Shown in pieces: positions 49,561-64,000 of a stretch of DNA of 64,000 bases (its first letter is position 1; each line of letters starts with the position of its first letter). The stretch comes from Azolla caroliniana (lineage: Eukaryota > Plantae > Polypodiophyta): positions 124,001 through 188,000 of the forward strand of contig JBHGNT010000015.1 in NCBI GenBank assembly GCA_043228905.1. Reading direction: 5' to 3'. The position numbers were made by a program, and so were the translations under genes. The notes beneath the pieces are model-generated. The model was given only the letters and a program-made list of their open reading frames with translations. It was not told where the DNA came from and made no database searches.

Positions 49561-50209
49561 AGTTGATCATGAAAGTGAGTTAATCATGGTATTTCTATAT
49601 TTCAGATATTTTTGGAGCATTTTCCATTATTGTTCATCTCCGAAAACGTATTTTGCAAAGAGGTTCCATAAATTATTTTTACACCATTGATTTGTTATGC
49701 AGGCATCTGTCAATGAACAAGGAAATGTCACAGTATCCCTATTTGAAAAGGTTTAATTTTAAGGAGAAGAGGTCTGCTATGAGTGATATATGGGTATTGT
49801 GAACTTCATAATACAATAACAGATTAAGCTTACCCATGTAAGGACATATCTATGCAAGGACATACTTGGTTAAGATGGTTTACGTTCATTTTCAATGTAT
49901 TCTTTCGCATCGCTGAATGAATCTTAAATATTTGAATAGCATATTTATAAAGACACCAAGAAACGAAAAACTACAAATTTGAATTCTTATACATGTCTGA
50001 GGCCAAAGTACCACCTTTACCTGAGTTTGATGGTAGTAACAGTCCGCTGTCATCCACATAGCTATGCTGACAATGCAAAGAACTTTGACTACAAGTGTAA
50101 CATAAAATATAGCATTACAAGATTGGGTATCATGCATTGGAGACAATGGATCTGAGTGTAACAAGTCTATTCTCTTCATTGCAACTAATTCATAAATAGA
50201 TTAAAAATA

Positions 50210-50515
50210 GTACCAAGATACCCCTGGAAGTTCGTCTATTTACCAAAATGCCCGTGGAAGTTCCAAATTTACCAAACTACCCCTATGTCCAAAAAAATAT
50301 ACTTTATAAAGTAATTATACACTCAAATCTTTGGTAAATAGGGTTAGTTCGGGCCCATTTCTTCCATCTTTGGTAAATAGGGCTTGTAGATTTGAGTGTA
50401 TAATTATTTTATAAAGTGTAATTTTTTGGACATAGGGGTAGTTTGGTAAATTTGGAACTTCCAAGGGCATTCTGGTAAATAGACGAACTTCCAGGGGTAT
50501 CCTGGTACTTTTCCC
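50210..50515. mobile_element. Mutator-like MITE (foldback)
   Basis: ~120-bp TIRs (50210-50330 / 50388-50508) and a 9-bp TSD TTAAAAATA (50201-50209 / 50516-50524). Confidence 0.88.
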
Positions 50516-50854
50516 TTAAAAATATTAGTGGCCATTGCAAGTTTGAACATTTGAAAAACATTTACATATGAAAATTTACTGTAACCGCGTCATTTAACAA
50601 TGTTGGATAGCACCTGTTATTATTACGTAGACCCAAATGCTCAACCACACAAATATCAGAGGAAAAACTCTTAGCAGATTACAACAGAAATGATGGATGG
50701 GGAAGTTGAAAGGTCTGCCATGGATTAAGGAATGAGAGATACAATAGGTTGAATGTAACAATACATGACCCATGTATTTGCCAATTGTTTCCATTCTTTT
50801 CTTGAACAGGGAGGTTAAACTTACACCACATAAAATATCGCATGATTATTCAAA

Positions 50855-53800
50855 TCAACATCCAGCAGCTCGCAAAAAGTTGTCATAATGGCTGACAGGA
50901 GGAAGTTGCAACATTTGCCATGGATCCAGGGATGAGACATATAACGGGTTCAGTGCTACAGTTGCTTGATTGACATGACCAGTGTATTTGCCATTTGTTC
51001 CATTGTTTTCCTGCAGAGGACATAGTTTGAAGAGCTGATAAGAATATTTTAAAGAGCATAAAAGAGTGTGTATGACTTACCTTTCCTATGTGATCACTTC
51101 CACCTATGTCCATCCATATAGGCATTTTTCTCCTGGCACTCTCGCCAAAAGCTTCACAACGCATCGCCACATCAGAATAGGGAGGAGGAGATGCAGCAAC
51201 AGAAACACCAGCTACCTGTCCAGCTGTTTCAAGAGCCTGTAGTTGCAATTCTTGTCAGAGTTGCAACATGGAGAAACACACAATGAAAATTGTAGAACAT
51301 TAGCACTCGTACAGATTCCAGTAGTTGGTTGACACTAATAACATTTGCTGACGGGGTGTGGATGGGTGTTCGCAGAAACAGAGGGAGGTCTGTACAAGAA
51401 ACATCGCTGATGAGGTCTTCTTTGGGCTCTACAACCTGAAATTTCGTGATCCCAATTAATTAAATACCTCTGGAAAAAGGACATTGATAGATAATAAAAT
51501 AGCAAATTACACAGGACATTGTAGATATGTGCAACCTGGCAAATCTTGGGTTACCTCATCAAACGAAACATTCCTCTGGAATTGGGCAGAGGTCCAAGAA
51601 TGAGCTTTATTTAACTGCATATCTAGACCTGCAATACCTTCATCAGGAGAAAATGGTTGGAGAAGCTCCTCCCGCAATCGATGCAGTTCCATCTATCAAA
51701 TATGGTCAGGATGAGGTTAAAACGTACCCACACAGAACATTCTACATTGATCTGAAAACCTTACCCCAAAAGATGTGGACAGGTTGCTTAAAACCAATGA
51801 AACCATTGATTCAGTGGAAATATCATTCTGTGTCCTAACTATATCCAGAAATTCTGACGCGGATGCATTATCAGCAGATGATGCATAGTGAGAGGTATCC
51901 ATATTTGTAGGCACTCTTAAATCATACGCACCAAGCTCTAAGTAAGGGTCCACCTATCAATGTACATATAATTACAAAAAATACTTTGGCACCTGTCCAT
52001 GTCCATATTAAACTTAAATTCATATTTACCAAGCCTTTCCCCACAAGAGCATTCTTCCGAGCAGTAATGCCAGGTATGTTAAAAATCCTTGATGCAAAAA
52101 CTAGCATCGCCATCGACAGCACAAAAACGGACCTTTGCCTTGAAGGACACGAGTAAACTAAAACAAACATAGCAGTTTCAGATAGTTGCTCTTCCATATC
52201 TTAAATAAAATAGATAACTAAAACTAAATTCTTACACTTAAACAAACCATCTTTTACGACAATGTCGAAAATTATCAGAAAAGCATCTGGTAACCTTGCA
52301 CATGGAATGTCGGATAAATAAAACATCAGCCTACATGAGTTTCAGAATCACGGTTCCCTACCTCTTTTACCCCCTTCTTTGTCACTTCAACTTAGTATAA
52401 TAAAGGAGTATATCAAACAACTAAAGCCACCTGAAGGCCCGAAGGTCACTATTTATGATATACTTGGTACTGTCTGCTGACATTATGAAGACTTAAAATA
52501 GTCTAACGTCCTCCATATAAAAACCAAATACAAAAACATAATCTTTAACAGTCAAAATTAAGATCATGATTCATTACCAGTGGTATGGAGTGCTGCTGTT
52601 CTCAAGGATAATGCCAATTGGAAAACTTTAATAAAGACAATGTGACCTGAATCCTGCAATAGATTGAAGAAAAGGTTCATACATAGAAATATTAATGTAA
52701 ATGTGTACCAGACCACAAACAGGGGAAAGCAAATGAAGGCCAAGGCCAAGTGATGTGATTCAATAAAAACACAATAATGGATTTAAGGGTCTACTTTAGT
52801 CCGTCAAGCTCAACCAATGAAGAAGTACTGGCTTACATGAAAAACTAGTCATTTTTCATGAGATAAAAACTTTACGTTTTGACATTCACATGAAAGTCCA
52901 TGTTTAACGTACGAGTATTAAATTCTCTGAAAATAATATAGTCCGACCATATACTTAGTGCATGCAGTCACATTTCTTCGTTGACTATATACACCTATAG
53001 CATCCAAAATTTCTTGATTCAAATCTTTACAGAAGATGAGAGAGGTGGATCTTAACACTTATATACCACTATAGGGCTGGTGATACTCTGTACCAGGCCT
53101 TAGGTGTAGGGTTGAACAAAATTTCATGTCAAGGAAGAGAGCTTGTAAGTAGATCTCAGAAAAGAAACCAGTTGCAGAAACCCTACAACTAGAACTGCAA
53201 GGAGAAATACTATATTATTGTCTATAAAGATGTTGGAGGGTGGCAGCTCCAGACCTGCACTCTCTTTCATATTTATTATCTCTGTACTACATTCTCTCTT
53301 TTCCCAGATTATTCTCTCTCTAGAATCTGCAACTCTTTAAATGCTTTTTCTCTCTGAATCTGCAATGCTTTAAATACCTTTTCTCTCTTCTACTTTTTCC
53401 AAGATATTCCCTTTTATTCCTAGTTTTTTGTACCTGTTTGGTAGTACAAGAGTCACTTAACTACCAAACAGCCATTTCACCCACATTCCCCAATTTTGTA
53501 TAAATAGGCTATACCAGCCTCTTTTGTATAGTTTTCATTTTCCATTTTGCTACTTAAAGCAAGCTCTATTCCTTGGCTGTGTCTCTGCTCTTTGCAACAA
53601 TTTTTTCTACTGCTGTCTAACAGCCTTCTCACAGCTTGGCTGTGTCTATTTTGTTTTAAGTCTTCCGCTGCTGCTATTAACAGCTTTTCTCACAAAAGAG
53701 ACCCATAAATTGTAAGAAAAAATGGTTGTAAGATTACTCTATCAGAGACTGAGAGGAAAACATTTCAAGCTTACAAACTGACAGAAAAAACAGGAAAAGC

Positions 53801-56800
53801 TGACCTTTAAGAAGTAATATTTTCCATAAGCAATAAGTGAAAAAAGAATATAGATAGAAAGTAAAACTGAAAACAATCCAACATTAATAACAAAAATGCA
53901 ACTACGGAAATGAAACTAAATCATACGGTAATGTAAATGAGGCATTGTTTGATAAGGAATCCCAACAAGCCCAAGAGAAAAGTCAAATGACACATCAACA
54001 ACAGCATCAACTAACAAACGTTATTTGAATATTAAAACTAGAGGCCCCTTGATAAATGAATATCCATGCATATCATATGTTCAAAATTTTCCATTACAGA
54101 AGTGTACACGGTTACACAACTAAAGAGGCATGCATTTGTTACTAACCTTTAAAGGTGAAAACAGCAAGATCAAACTAAAAGTCACAAAGATGGCTTCATA
54201 GTTTGATGGAAAATTGTTATCCATGTTTGCTTCACTCCACAATGATGACAACAGCAAAGTTGCTTGATCTCCAGTTAACCTGACTGTAGTCATTTCCTGT
54301 TATGAAAGCGAAGTCAAAACTACAGTATTGACCACCGAATTCAGATATTAGGATGACTGATTATTTACTGACGTATGGCACACACTATATTTTGATGAGA
54401 CACTTAATAGCATATGTTAGTTGATGAAACTATTCCAAATTTCATGTCAAGAGACTGTATGATCCTTACTCATTTTCTGGTGTGATAAGCACACAACCAT
54501 CAGTATTTTATTACATGATATGCAGCCATGTAAATGTGACTCTTTAAATCTCCATATACAGATTTTCATACTTGCTGAATAATAATACCAAACCTGCTGT
54601 AGGCTTGATCTTTTAGAATAGATTTCTCAATAATTTAAATAATATGCATTATATTATCAAGGGCCCATATATAGAGTTCTTTATAATAATATTAACTGAA
54701 GTTAAAAGGAAAAAATTAAGAGCTCACTAGTAAATCTTCTCTTTAAAAACGTTTTGCCTTACAAAATGAGATCAGTGTTAGATACACTAGATTGACAATG
54801 GATTTCTTTGCTGAAAACTTACGAGTTCTTTGCTATTAGCTTTCAGCTCCAATTCCATTAGAGGTTCAGTTTGTTTAATTTTTAAGCTATCTTGTTTTTG
54901 AACTGTTGATACAGTCCTCAGGTTCCCATCTGTTAATATAAACTTGTCACAGGTAGACGGCTTAATTAGCTGCTTAGAAGCATTTTGATCTTTCCATAGT
55001 GTTTCCAACAAAACTTTTACAGAAGAAAATTTGGATGCACTTGTCAAAAGATACTCCTTGACATTCTCTATGAAAGGTTCTAATCCAGAAGGCGTGCATT
55101 TTTCATCAAGCCATGCAGATACTGGAATCACAACAGTGCCAAAGATATTGTGTACTCCAACTCTAGTTTGCGCGTCTGAATGACCCATAGCCAGTGATAA
55201 TTGATGAAGCAAAGTTTCTGAAAAACACTATAATAATAGCAGAATATCAGAGAAACATAATTTCAAGAGGAATTATCAGTAATTAAAATAACGTGAAAAT
55301 TTACTTGTTGCATTTGCATCAGCTCAGGAACAGAAACCATAATATGGCTCAGAACTAATAAGGAGCTAATTGTACTTCTAGAAATGGCTGCAACTGATGA
55401 CAATTTTTCAAGATTTAAAGCCACCATTTCATAAATAGGAGTAGGATCACCCATCTTCTTTGCAAGTCTTTGCAAACACTCTTGAATAGCAAGCTGCAAT
55501 TTGTTATTCCATCCTAACTCAACACTGTTAAACTCCTCCCCAGCAGGATGAAAGCTGGTGCGTAAATGTCGTAGCATATCATTTAATATACCAGTTTCCA
55601 CTATGGTCCCTTCAGACTTCGACTTTTCAGTAAGGCTTGCAACAACTTTTACTATATCAGCCTTCATCTGGGGTTGCTGGGTCATATTCTTATGATCAAG
55701 GTGCCTAACCAAAACCGGTAGCAAAAAGCAATAATTACCTGCAGTATGGGAAAAGTGTCTGATTTAATGGAAACTCAATAACAATAGTGAAATCTTATGG
55801 ATACTTCTGAAATGTAACTACAGATGTAATAACAATACTTAATTATCTTGCAGCATAAAAACTATGAATGGTGTGAGCGTCTAGCCTAAGCTGTATTTCA
55901 GAAAGGACACATACCCAATTTTTCAGCAGAATGTAGAAATTGATGTAAAATATCCAAAGCAAAACCTCGCTCAAGTGACCAATAATTGCCCACGTCAAAG
56001 TAACAGAACATTGGCTCAAGGAAGCGGCGTGTCGTCGTTGCTTCTTTAGAAAATTGAGCAATCTTCTCTATACATATATGTGCACAGACACTGGGTATCT
56101 CCATTTTCCTGATTGAATATGATAACTCAGAAATTCCTTGATGGTAAAAAAATGCCATTTGATAGATTAATCATCTCATACCATATGTAACTCTCCGAAA
56201 TTATTATCAGCATAACTACCTACCCTGAGAAAAAGTCTTCTTTACGAGAGGGAAGCATCACAAATGTGTCTGTGGCTGTTGCTCTTCCACCCCAATTAAC
56301 AACCTCAGTTTTACCATCGATATCTTCATTGACAGAAGAGAGTTCATAATTCTCCATTATAGCAGAAACTACCTGCATCCAGAAATTTATTCAAACACAT
56401 TACAACAAAGGATGCTAACCCTATCTAGCTTTATCAACACAAATAACGTTACGATTAAAAAGAGAAGAAATCAGAATAGGATCTCCATTTTTTCCCCATG
56501 GATTTTCTGAGACCTATGGAAGAGCCATGGCACAGAAGAGGAGGAGCCATCATCAAAATGTGCCCAGGACTGTAGATATTCATTTGGGGAAGTTCAGTAT
56601 GTCCTTGTAGCAGGGGATAGCATGCCGGGACAAAATGGATAGTTGGGAATAGTTGGTAGAAAGATTCAGAACTTCTTTCAAACTCCATCGTCTTTCCTTA
56701 TTTTTCACTCTTTTTGGCCCTTTGGTATGTTACATCCAGAGGTACTACCCCAGGAATCATGCAATCACATCACTCTACGTTTTGATGTATCAATAACTGG

Positions 56801-57323
56801 TCACAATTTCCAATTCATAGGGTTTTTCTATACGCTAAATACAGCAGATTAAGTGAACCTTTACTAGAGTCAAGGACGCTACCCTTTTGCTAGAAAAGTC
56901 TCTTTCTTTTATCCATTTGTGCAGTAATGCTATAAATCAACGCCAAAACGGAAGCTCAGGAGTACTCCAATCTGGGGCCATAAATTAAGGGCGTTATCAC
57001 AGCTTGTAGCAACTAGAATATACATCAAACTTCATTAGGTTATACTTTTTAAGAGATTTCAAAAATGACTTACATGGTCATATTCAGATGGCATGTATGA
57101 ATGCTGTCCCATGAACCAAATCTGCACCACATTTTAAGAGAAGCAATACAACTTCAATCATTTGTCTCAAAAAATAGCCTTCTGCACTAGAGATAAAAAA
57201 CAAACCTGCTCTGATTTGCTTTAAAGTAGAAGCTAGACAACAAGATCAAACCAAATATACATACCTATATATATATACACATAGAGAGAGAGAGAGAGAT
57301 ATATAGATATGTATATATGTATG

Positions 57324-57378
<55 letters not shown>

Positions 57379-59350
57379 GCCTTATAAGATCAAGAATAGC
57401 CTAGGCCTACAATTGAAGTGTGAGTAGATAGTGAAAAGCCATACTAAAGGTATTGTAACTAATACAAATATATGTATCGAATTTACATTACAAGAGAAAT
57501 TCATCTCAATTAGTATATATCTAAACGAAGATCATTGTACAAACCAACGCTGAAACAGCTCGTAGGCCAGCAGAACGTAGCTTGTTTCGCCTTTGTTCTT
57601 CTCCGGTCTCTCTAGCAAGAGAGCACAGAATTGGTAGTAGTGCATCAAGATGGTGAATATAAGTTCCATCAACCTGTTGTCAACTCAAAAACAAGGATAA
57701 TCATTTGCCTCAGCAACAGATCAAACATTTCAAGCCAGTGGTAATAGAACCACATTTAAATCAAACAAAAATATAACAGCATATGCCAATTTTTAAGCCA
57801 TTAAATAAAAACAAGCGTCTTACCTGATTATATGCAAATTCGAAAAGTGCATCACATCCAACCACTCTCATATCATCATGTCGTGTTTGCTCCAGGAGTG
57901 TTTTGATTATATTGATAGCACTAACAGCAAACAATGGCCTGCAATCCTGGTCAAATCAGATATTTATTTACTAAATTTTCAAGCAGAACATGTCGACAAA
58001 CTTCACAGCTTACATTTGACCTTTACATGAAGAAAACAACTTCATATATGAAGCCATGACGATTTTCACAGCACCAAAATGTTCATTTCGCAACTCCTTA
58101 TACCCCTTCTGTTCAAGAGATGTTGCGATCTGCAAAATCCAAACAGATTATCCAGTTATTTTTAAGATTTCCAAAAGCTGAGTAGCAGCAGAAGATTCAG
58201 AAAATTTCCTACACAATTCTTAACTTCAATTGGGAATCAAACCTTTGGTATGCGTAGAGGATTTCTTGACGCATAATCACACAATTTCGATATTTTTCTG
58301 TCATTTGGAAGCTCCTCCTATCATCATAAACCAATAGTCAATATCTACAACGAGGCAAAATGGGTGGTTGAGGTGGGGGGAACCAATGAAGAAAGATGCC
58401 CTGGAGACAGAACTTCATTAGTGCTTTGAGACTTTTTTAAAAATGAAGAATGATTGATGTGCCTAATAAAGAAGAAAAATAATAAGAATTTGTATTTCGA
58501 AAGGAGAGCCACAATTGCAGGATATCCCAAGACTGACAAAGACACGTTTATTCAACATGTATAATGTCTTTAGGGTAACCTCTTCCTTTATTCGGATATC
58601 ACAATTCTTTGGAACAATTGCTGTCAACATGGAGCACATCACCTGGTTGTATCATGAACGCCCATGTACCCCTTAACTAAACCATAATGAAGATTTTAGT
58701 TTACTAAGAACCTCCTACCTAGATCATAACGCAACTTTGCAGATTTATGCTTATATACATCTAGATGATTAAAGATCTCCCTAAGATTTGAGGCACCTAG
58801 TTTTTATCATGAAACTTCAGACACTGAGAGCTTCATAGCACACTCTATCTAAGCTTCTTACTATAAATTCATATACATACATATATCCAAATGATTATAT
58901 ATGTCCTTACAATATAGTAGTATCATGAATCTACTTCGAAACATGCTCTAACCTAAATTTCCCAGCACGTAAAATTACACTTACATGCATCCCGGTGGCT
59001 ACGTATATCCTAACAATTGTAACAAAATAATGATGATGCACCACCAAGCCTTGCTATTAATGTTGATGTCACATAAACCAAACGGTTGACAAACTTTGTC
59101 CTACTTCTTGAACCAAAGTGGAGTGTATTTACTAGCAATTTATAACATCAGCACATTTCCCTCGTACTCTTGTTTATCAATTTCTTACAGAAGTGACTAG
59201 AGCAGAAAGTAGAAGAAATCCTACCTGGAAGACGTCTGCAACTAATTTCTTGTAGCGTTTCACAGGTTGCCGCGACCGTGACCTGAGAGAGGGGCAGCAA
59301 ATGCAGAAGCTTCCGCAAACAGGAAGAACTCTCCTCGACATGAACCCCAT
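50855..59350 (-). CDS. EFR3: EFR3-family ARM-repeat protein (plant SEMI-ROLLED LEAF 2 / EFOP-like), about 18 exons
   Basis: Starts [36 protein letters not shown] (59350-59225). Exon 58317-58243 encodes [22 protein letters not shown]. Further approximate exons: 58129-58014, 57938-57824, 57673-57545, 57121-57074, 56372-56224, 56109-55914, 55738-55305, 55227-54800 and others. Ends [16 protein letters not shown] at 50855. Introns checked are GT-AG. Confidence 0.9.
53081..53744. mobile_element. Possible solo LTR in an EFR3 intron
   Basis: TGATA...TATCA termini and LTR-like low-complexity content, but no TSD match. Confidence 0.35.
57255..57377. repeat. Compound (TA)n/(GA)n microsatellite in an intron
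   Basis: Direct reading of the sequence. Confidence 0.9.
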
Positions 59351-62300
59351 ACTCTACTCTAACAAAGAAAAAATTGCGAAACAAGAGAAAACGGCTTCCT
59401 TGCGTTCTAGATCCGAGAGAGAAAATATATAGCCGTTTCCTACTCCTCGATCAAAGAAAGAATCACATCTGTTTCTTTAATGATCACAGGGAGAAGCCAT
59501 AGAAAGGAGGCCGTTTGTTTCAACGATCAAGGAGGTGAAACTGTTTCGTTTCTTCCACCTTCCATGGCAGGAACGTGCCAAATTCTTTCCCTGTGAAGCT
59601 GCATTTCATTCATGGATGATAAGCCATATTTCCAAGGAATCGAGCTTTCTTTTTGCCTTCGTCGCCGCGGGCAGGAGGAGTTAGTCGCAATGCAAATGCA
59701 ACGAAATGCGATGTGGTTTCTGAAGAAGGTTCAAGTCAAAACGTCGATGAGCAGAGAGAAAGAGAGAAGAGGAAGAAGAAACATATATGTACATATATTG
59801 GTGTCGTGTCTGTGGTTGAAGAGGACCAAAATGGCCTATACATATATCATATATGTAATAATAATACACGACCAACAAGAGATTACTATATCTTAAAATG
59901 TTGTCTTGTCTTTACGGACCAAATTAAGTACATAAATGTAACTAAGCAAAAATGAAAATGTGACATGCATAGACCAAAATGTCACTAAAGAATCTCGTCA
60001 TCTATACGTATATGATTCTCAAATCAGATTGATATATTGTAAAAAAAAATTGCCTTCGAAAGTTCCCTTGCATATTTAGGTTGATCTAGAATGGAGGGAG
60101 ATAGAGAGCACGATGGTTTTTCAATGTGGTTGTATCTTAGTTCAAAACATACATGGCCATGCTTCTATATAACATGTTATATTGTGTGCGTGAAAGTACG
60201 TGTGTGGTTAGTAGGGCATTATCATGAGACGCATGGTCCTCAAACTAACTCATTGTATACATTGTTCACATGCATTGGGCAGGCAAGTGGTCACTTCGAA
60301 AAGCATATGTTTACTTGTCGTGGAAAAATGTGCTTCTTTCCTAGCATTTAGGGATTCCATTAGTATGCAAGGTTATTTGACTTAATTACATGGCACCATA
60401 GGGAAAGAACATGCATGCATGTATATCTATAGATCCCATGGTCAATTGAAAGCTAACATGTTGAATTGCATTTCCACAAGTTGTTATGCTAGTATACATG
60501 TCCACCACAACCATGGCTCAAGTCTTATTAGCTTTCAATATTTTCCTTTGTCTTACTATGATCATCATTGTGGTCATCAAAACACAGTTATCCTCTTCTT
60601 TGCATGATTGGTTGTTTCTTGTCAACTTGCAAACCCCCTCCAAACCTCAAGCATACATGCCCATCAAGAGCACCATAGCTCAAACCCTACTAGCCTCCCC
60701 TATAATTGTTTTATGAATATTGACAAGTAGTACACCTTACCATCTTCTTCATATGCTTATCCTAGTAATCCTATCACATTGACCTTTTTATATGTTTTGA
60801 TTGTTTCTCCAGTTGAGTGTGTGGACAAGTAATTCGATAATAAGTGTTCACTCGTTATCATTTCATGAAAACAATTTATCATTGATATGGTTCTTCAAAC
60901 ATTGCCATGATTAAATAACTCAAGATATACTTTTTCATTCAAAAAACTGCAATAGTTAAAGCCTTCCCCCAAGATAATGGGTTGATGAATCACTCCATCC
61001 AACACCACATAGATGCCACACAACAACTTTACTCATGAATTTTGGTGGTGGTTTGGACATGGCTTGTCAACATACATGATTATCAAGCTACCAAATAGTC
61101 ATCAATTGTGTAAGTTGCTTAAAAAAGATAAGTTTTGAACCTTAATAGGAAAATGTGCTCCGTCATCTATCTTTTCAAATATCCCTCACATGTAAAACAA
61201 TTGACTACAAGATCGGGTTCCATTTACACAATCACATGCACATTGAACAAATAACTACAAGGCAGTTCTTTAGACAAATAAAAAAACTAATTAGTGCAAT
61301 CAGCACAATCACACTTTCATGGGGCCGTGCTTTCAAGGTGCAATTTTGCAATTGGGGAGTACTGACCAACAAAGAAGGCACATCATAAGAAGTTAGGTTT
61401 CACTGTCCGAAGCAAAAACAGATACAAATAAGCACAGAATATTTTCTTCTCTATAACCCCCAATATATTGCAAGTCACAAGTTTGCAAATGCAGACTTAT
61501 ATTTGGCACCTATGTTGTTAAGTATTAATTTCAAGTTTATTCTCAAGCATGTCAAAAATTCTCCGAGGTGCACTCCTTAAACAAGGTAGGCTCAAGGAAA
61601 CAAACAAAAGCAACACATTTGATTAACATTTAGACACTAACATAGACTATCGTCAAACCTAATCTTTCATGAACCAAAACCAACTTAAGCATACCAAGGA
61701 AAGACCTAAATAGCTCAAAATTGTATGCATATAAATTTTTTCATTACTATCGAACCACAATCCATAATTGCAAATTACTAACCATGCATATAAATACATC
61801 ACAAGGAATAGGAAAGATAAGATAGAGAAACCAATCCCATTCTCTGAATTCAATCAGTGACCAGGTGATACTTACAACAACACTCATGAGCTACCAGTGA
61901 CCAGGTGATACTTTGGACACTCAAAAAAATTATCACATCTTGCAATGCAAGTTCCTTGCTGTAACATGGATCTGAATTTTGCTGACATTTTTCAGTGGGT
62001 GTTAATACAAAATGTCAAAATGCAAGCACCAGAATCTACCACAAATCTGCCATCACTAACAGGTATAGTCAACTTGATAACAGGACATGTTACCCCAGAC
62101 TCTAAACCGCCTCACAACCAAAAAATTGCAAATAATATATTCCCCATGAGAGTCTCTTCTGCGATGAGGATTGGACAACATTCAAGCCTATGATCTGCAA
62201 TTGGGAATGACACCCAGCTCAATGTTTTTATTTCCACTAGATCAAAATAGGGCAAGGTGAACTCTTCAATATAGACCACTCATTGTCCAAAAGCTTGTTT

Positions 62301-62651
62301 GCTGAAAACTATATGTCAGTTAAATTATCCAAGGTATGAAGTATCATGAACAGAAGTAAAGCTTCTGCAATAAGTTTGTAAAATCCAGAAAACATTTCTA
62401 TAAGATATACATGTATTTTGATTGTACAGTCATATGCCCCATTGGGAACCTCTTAAATATCGCTATCAAAAAACCTAGCCGGGTTATTTCAAGCACTCCT
62501 AAATACAGTAAGTCAGGCTTCTGTCTGGAAAAAACACTTGACCTAAACTGGGCCAAAACCTTGCAACGCATTTTTTAAAATAGTACTGGATGTTTCCCAA
62601 TTTTCTACATTCCACATTCTGATAAGAGTTTTCTATACTCTCATAACGATT

Positions 62652-63950
62652 TTAGTCAGACAACAGTTTCCTTAACCTCTTGGCACCATCAATAGCTGTT
62701 CTGTTTGTCGGCTCCAAAACAAGGGCATATCTGAAGTCTGTAGACCAGAGAACCAAACGAAGGTTACATTTACTTTCCACATTAAAAATGCATTTCCTAA
62801 CGAAATAGAAGTTCACTGAAACAACGTTATCACCTTCATTGGCTTCCTTATAGCAGCCAAGATACTCTCGTGCAGTAGCCCTTCTCAAGTAAGCTTTAAT
62901 ATTCTGCATTTTTATAAAACAAACTTTTTATTTTTTATCCATGCAGAAAGTTACAGTCTGACATACATAGAACTTCAAAAATGCCAACCTTTTTATCAAG
63001 TTCAATGGCCTTACAGCAATCTGCCTCTGCTTGATGGTAACTGGAAGGATAGCACAACATATGAGAACAGAACACAAAACCCATCACAAGCCAACGAACA
63101 TGCCATACAAACAGAATTTAGCAAGTACTTGTATAAAGCTAGGTACGCTGCCGCACGATTGCTGTAATAGGTTGCATTGTCCTCATCACATCGGATTGCT
63201 TCTGAATAACTCTCAATAGCTACCTTAAAATCCTTTTTCTTAAATGCTAGATTTCCCTGTATAATGATAGTTGGCACTTAATAGGCAACAAATATAAGAA
63301 ACACAACATCTGAGACAACAATGAAATAAGCGCAAATAGGCACCACAGACTAGACTTTTGACCTTCTCTTTAGCACTCTCAGCATCATCTGGCCTCGGAG
63401 CTTCTTTAACCACTTCTTCTTTTCTATTTGGATAAGCCTTTACTTCCTTCTGTAGAACTGGGAAAAGGAGAGGTGTGGTATCCAGCAACATTCCATCAGC
63501 TCCATTTTTAGCGAGCAATGAGACAGCACAAGGGCATCCATCATGTTCTCCAATGGGGATGCTCACCTTAGCATACAGAGATATGAAATTTGTACAATTA
63601 AGAATTTTCCAAACACTGGGCCTCACATTAGTTAGAAGGCCAAAAAACAAAATGTTGCAAACTTGCTAGATATCTTAGTGTTGCAAAAAGTAATAGAATA
63701 ACCTTACATAGTACAAAATGTTTCTACTGATTCAAACCTGGGAACACTCTGAGCAATACCCAGCAAGTAAAGTTTATTGTAGTGTTTTTTCCTGCCTTTA
63801 ATCTATTCAATTTACCTGGCAACATCCTGACATGCTTGCAACACATAAGAGAGTGAATGCTTGATCCTTATAATCTGTTTGTACCAATTCTCTTACTGGT
63901 ATCTTTGGAGGTGGACCTGGAACTGTTGGCATAACTAGAACTCCATCATT
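62652..63950 (-). CDS. TOC64: TOC64/OM64-like amidase-TPR outer-membrane receptor, 3' exons (gene continues past the window)
   Basis: Exons 63950-63816, 63566-63363, 63256-63129, 63040-62989, 62903-62834 and 62737-62652 give the amidase tail (PTVPGPPPK...ASMSGCCQVSIP) and three TPRs (KEKGNLAFK...YYSNRAAAYL...KAYLRRATARE...FRYALVLEPTN). The plastid versus mitochondrial paralog cannot be resolved here. Confidence 0.9.
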
Positions 63951-64000
63951 CTGTGAATCAGAGAGGATGCATGAACGGCAGCACAAAGACAGAGTCACAT

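Noticed and set aside
59612-62200. Short ORFs between EFR3 and TOC64
   Set aside because: AT-rich intergenic or UTR sequence with no motifs or consistent splice structure.

Overview
Eukaryotic land-plant nuclear DNA. A fern with a large genome is my guess from the TE families and (GA)n-rich LTRs; this is inference only. Bases 1-36.8 kb are a deeply nested retrotransposon pile that can be unpicked by hand. A Ty3/gypsy-type LTR with an internal (CT)n tract received, inside that tract, a full-length RTEX-like LINE (+) and a full-length L1/Tx1-like LINE (-). The RTEX-like LINE was then interrupted by a copia element, which itself contains a very young copia with identical LTRs, and by a gypsy-type solo LTR with a 4-bp TSD. 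Two more 5'-truncated RTEX-like copies and a second L1 also abut (CT)n tracts. The most notable signal is that all five LINE insertions, from two different clades, are anchored on (CT)n/(GA)n microsatellites with clade-specific polarity, and the RTEX-like copies share a covarying 3' stem-loop and a TCTW tail. A 1.3-kb TRIM-sized LTR element has a tRNA-Ala PBS, a 4-bp TSD and an integrase remnant that looks animal-gypsy-like. The right part holds an unidentified multi-exon + strand gene or pseudogene with a decayed copia in an intron, a Mutator-type MITE, a complete EFR3/SRL2-like gene (-) and the 3' half of a TOC64/OM64-like gene (-).
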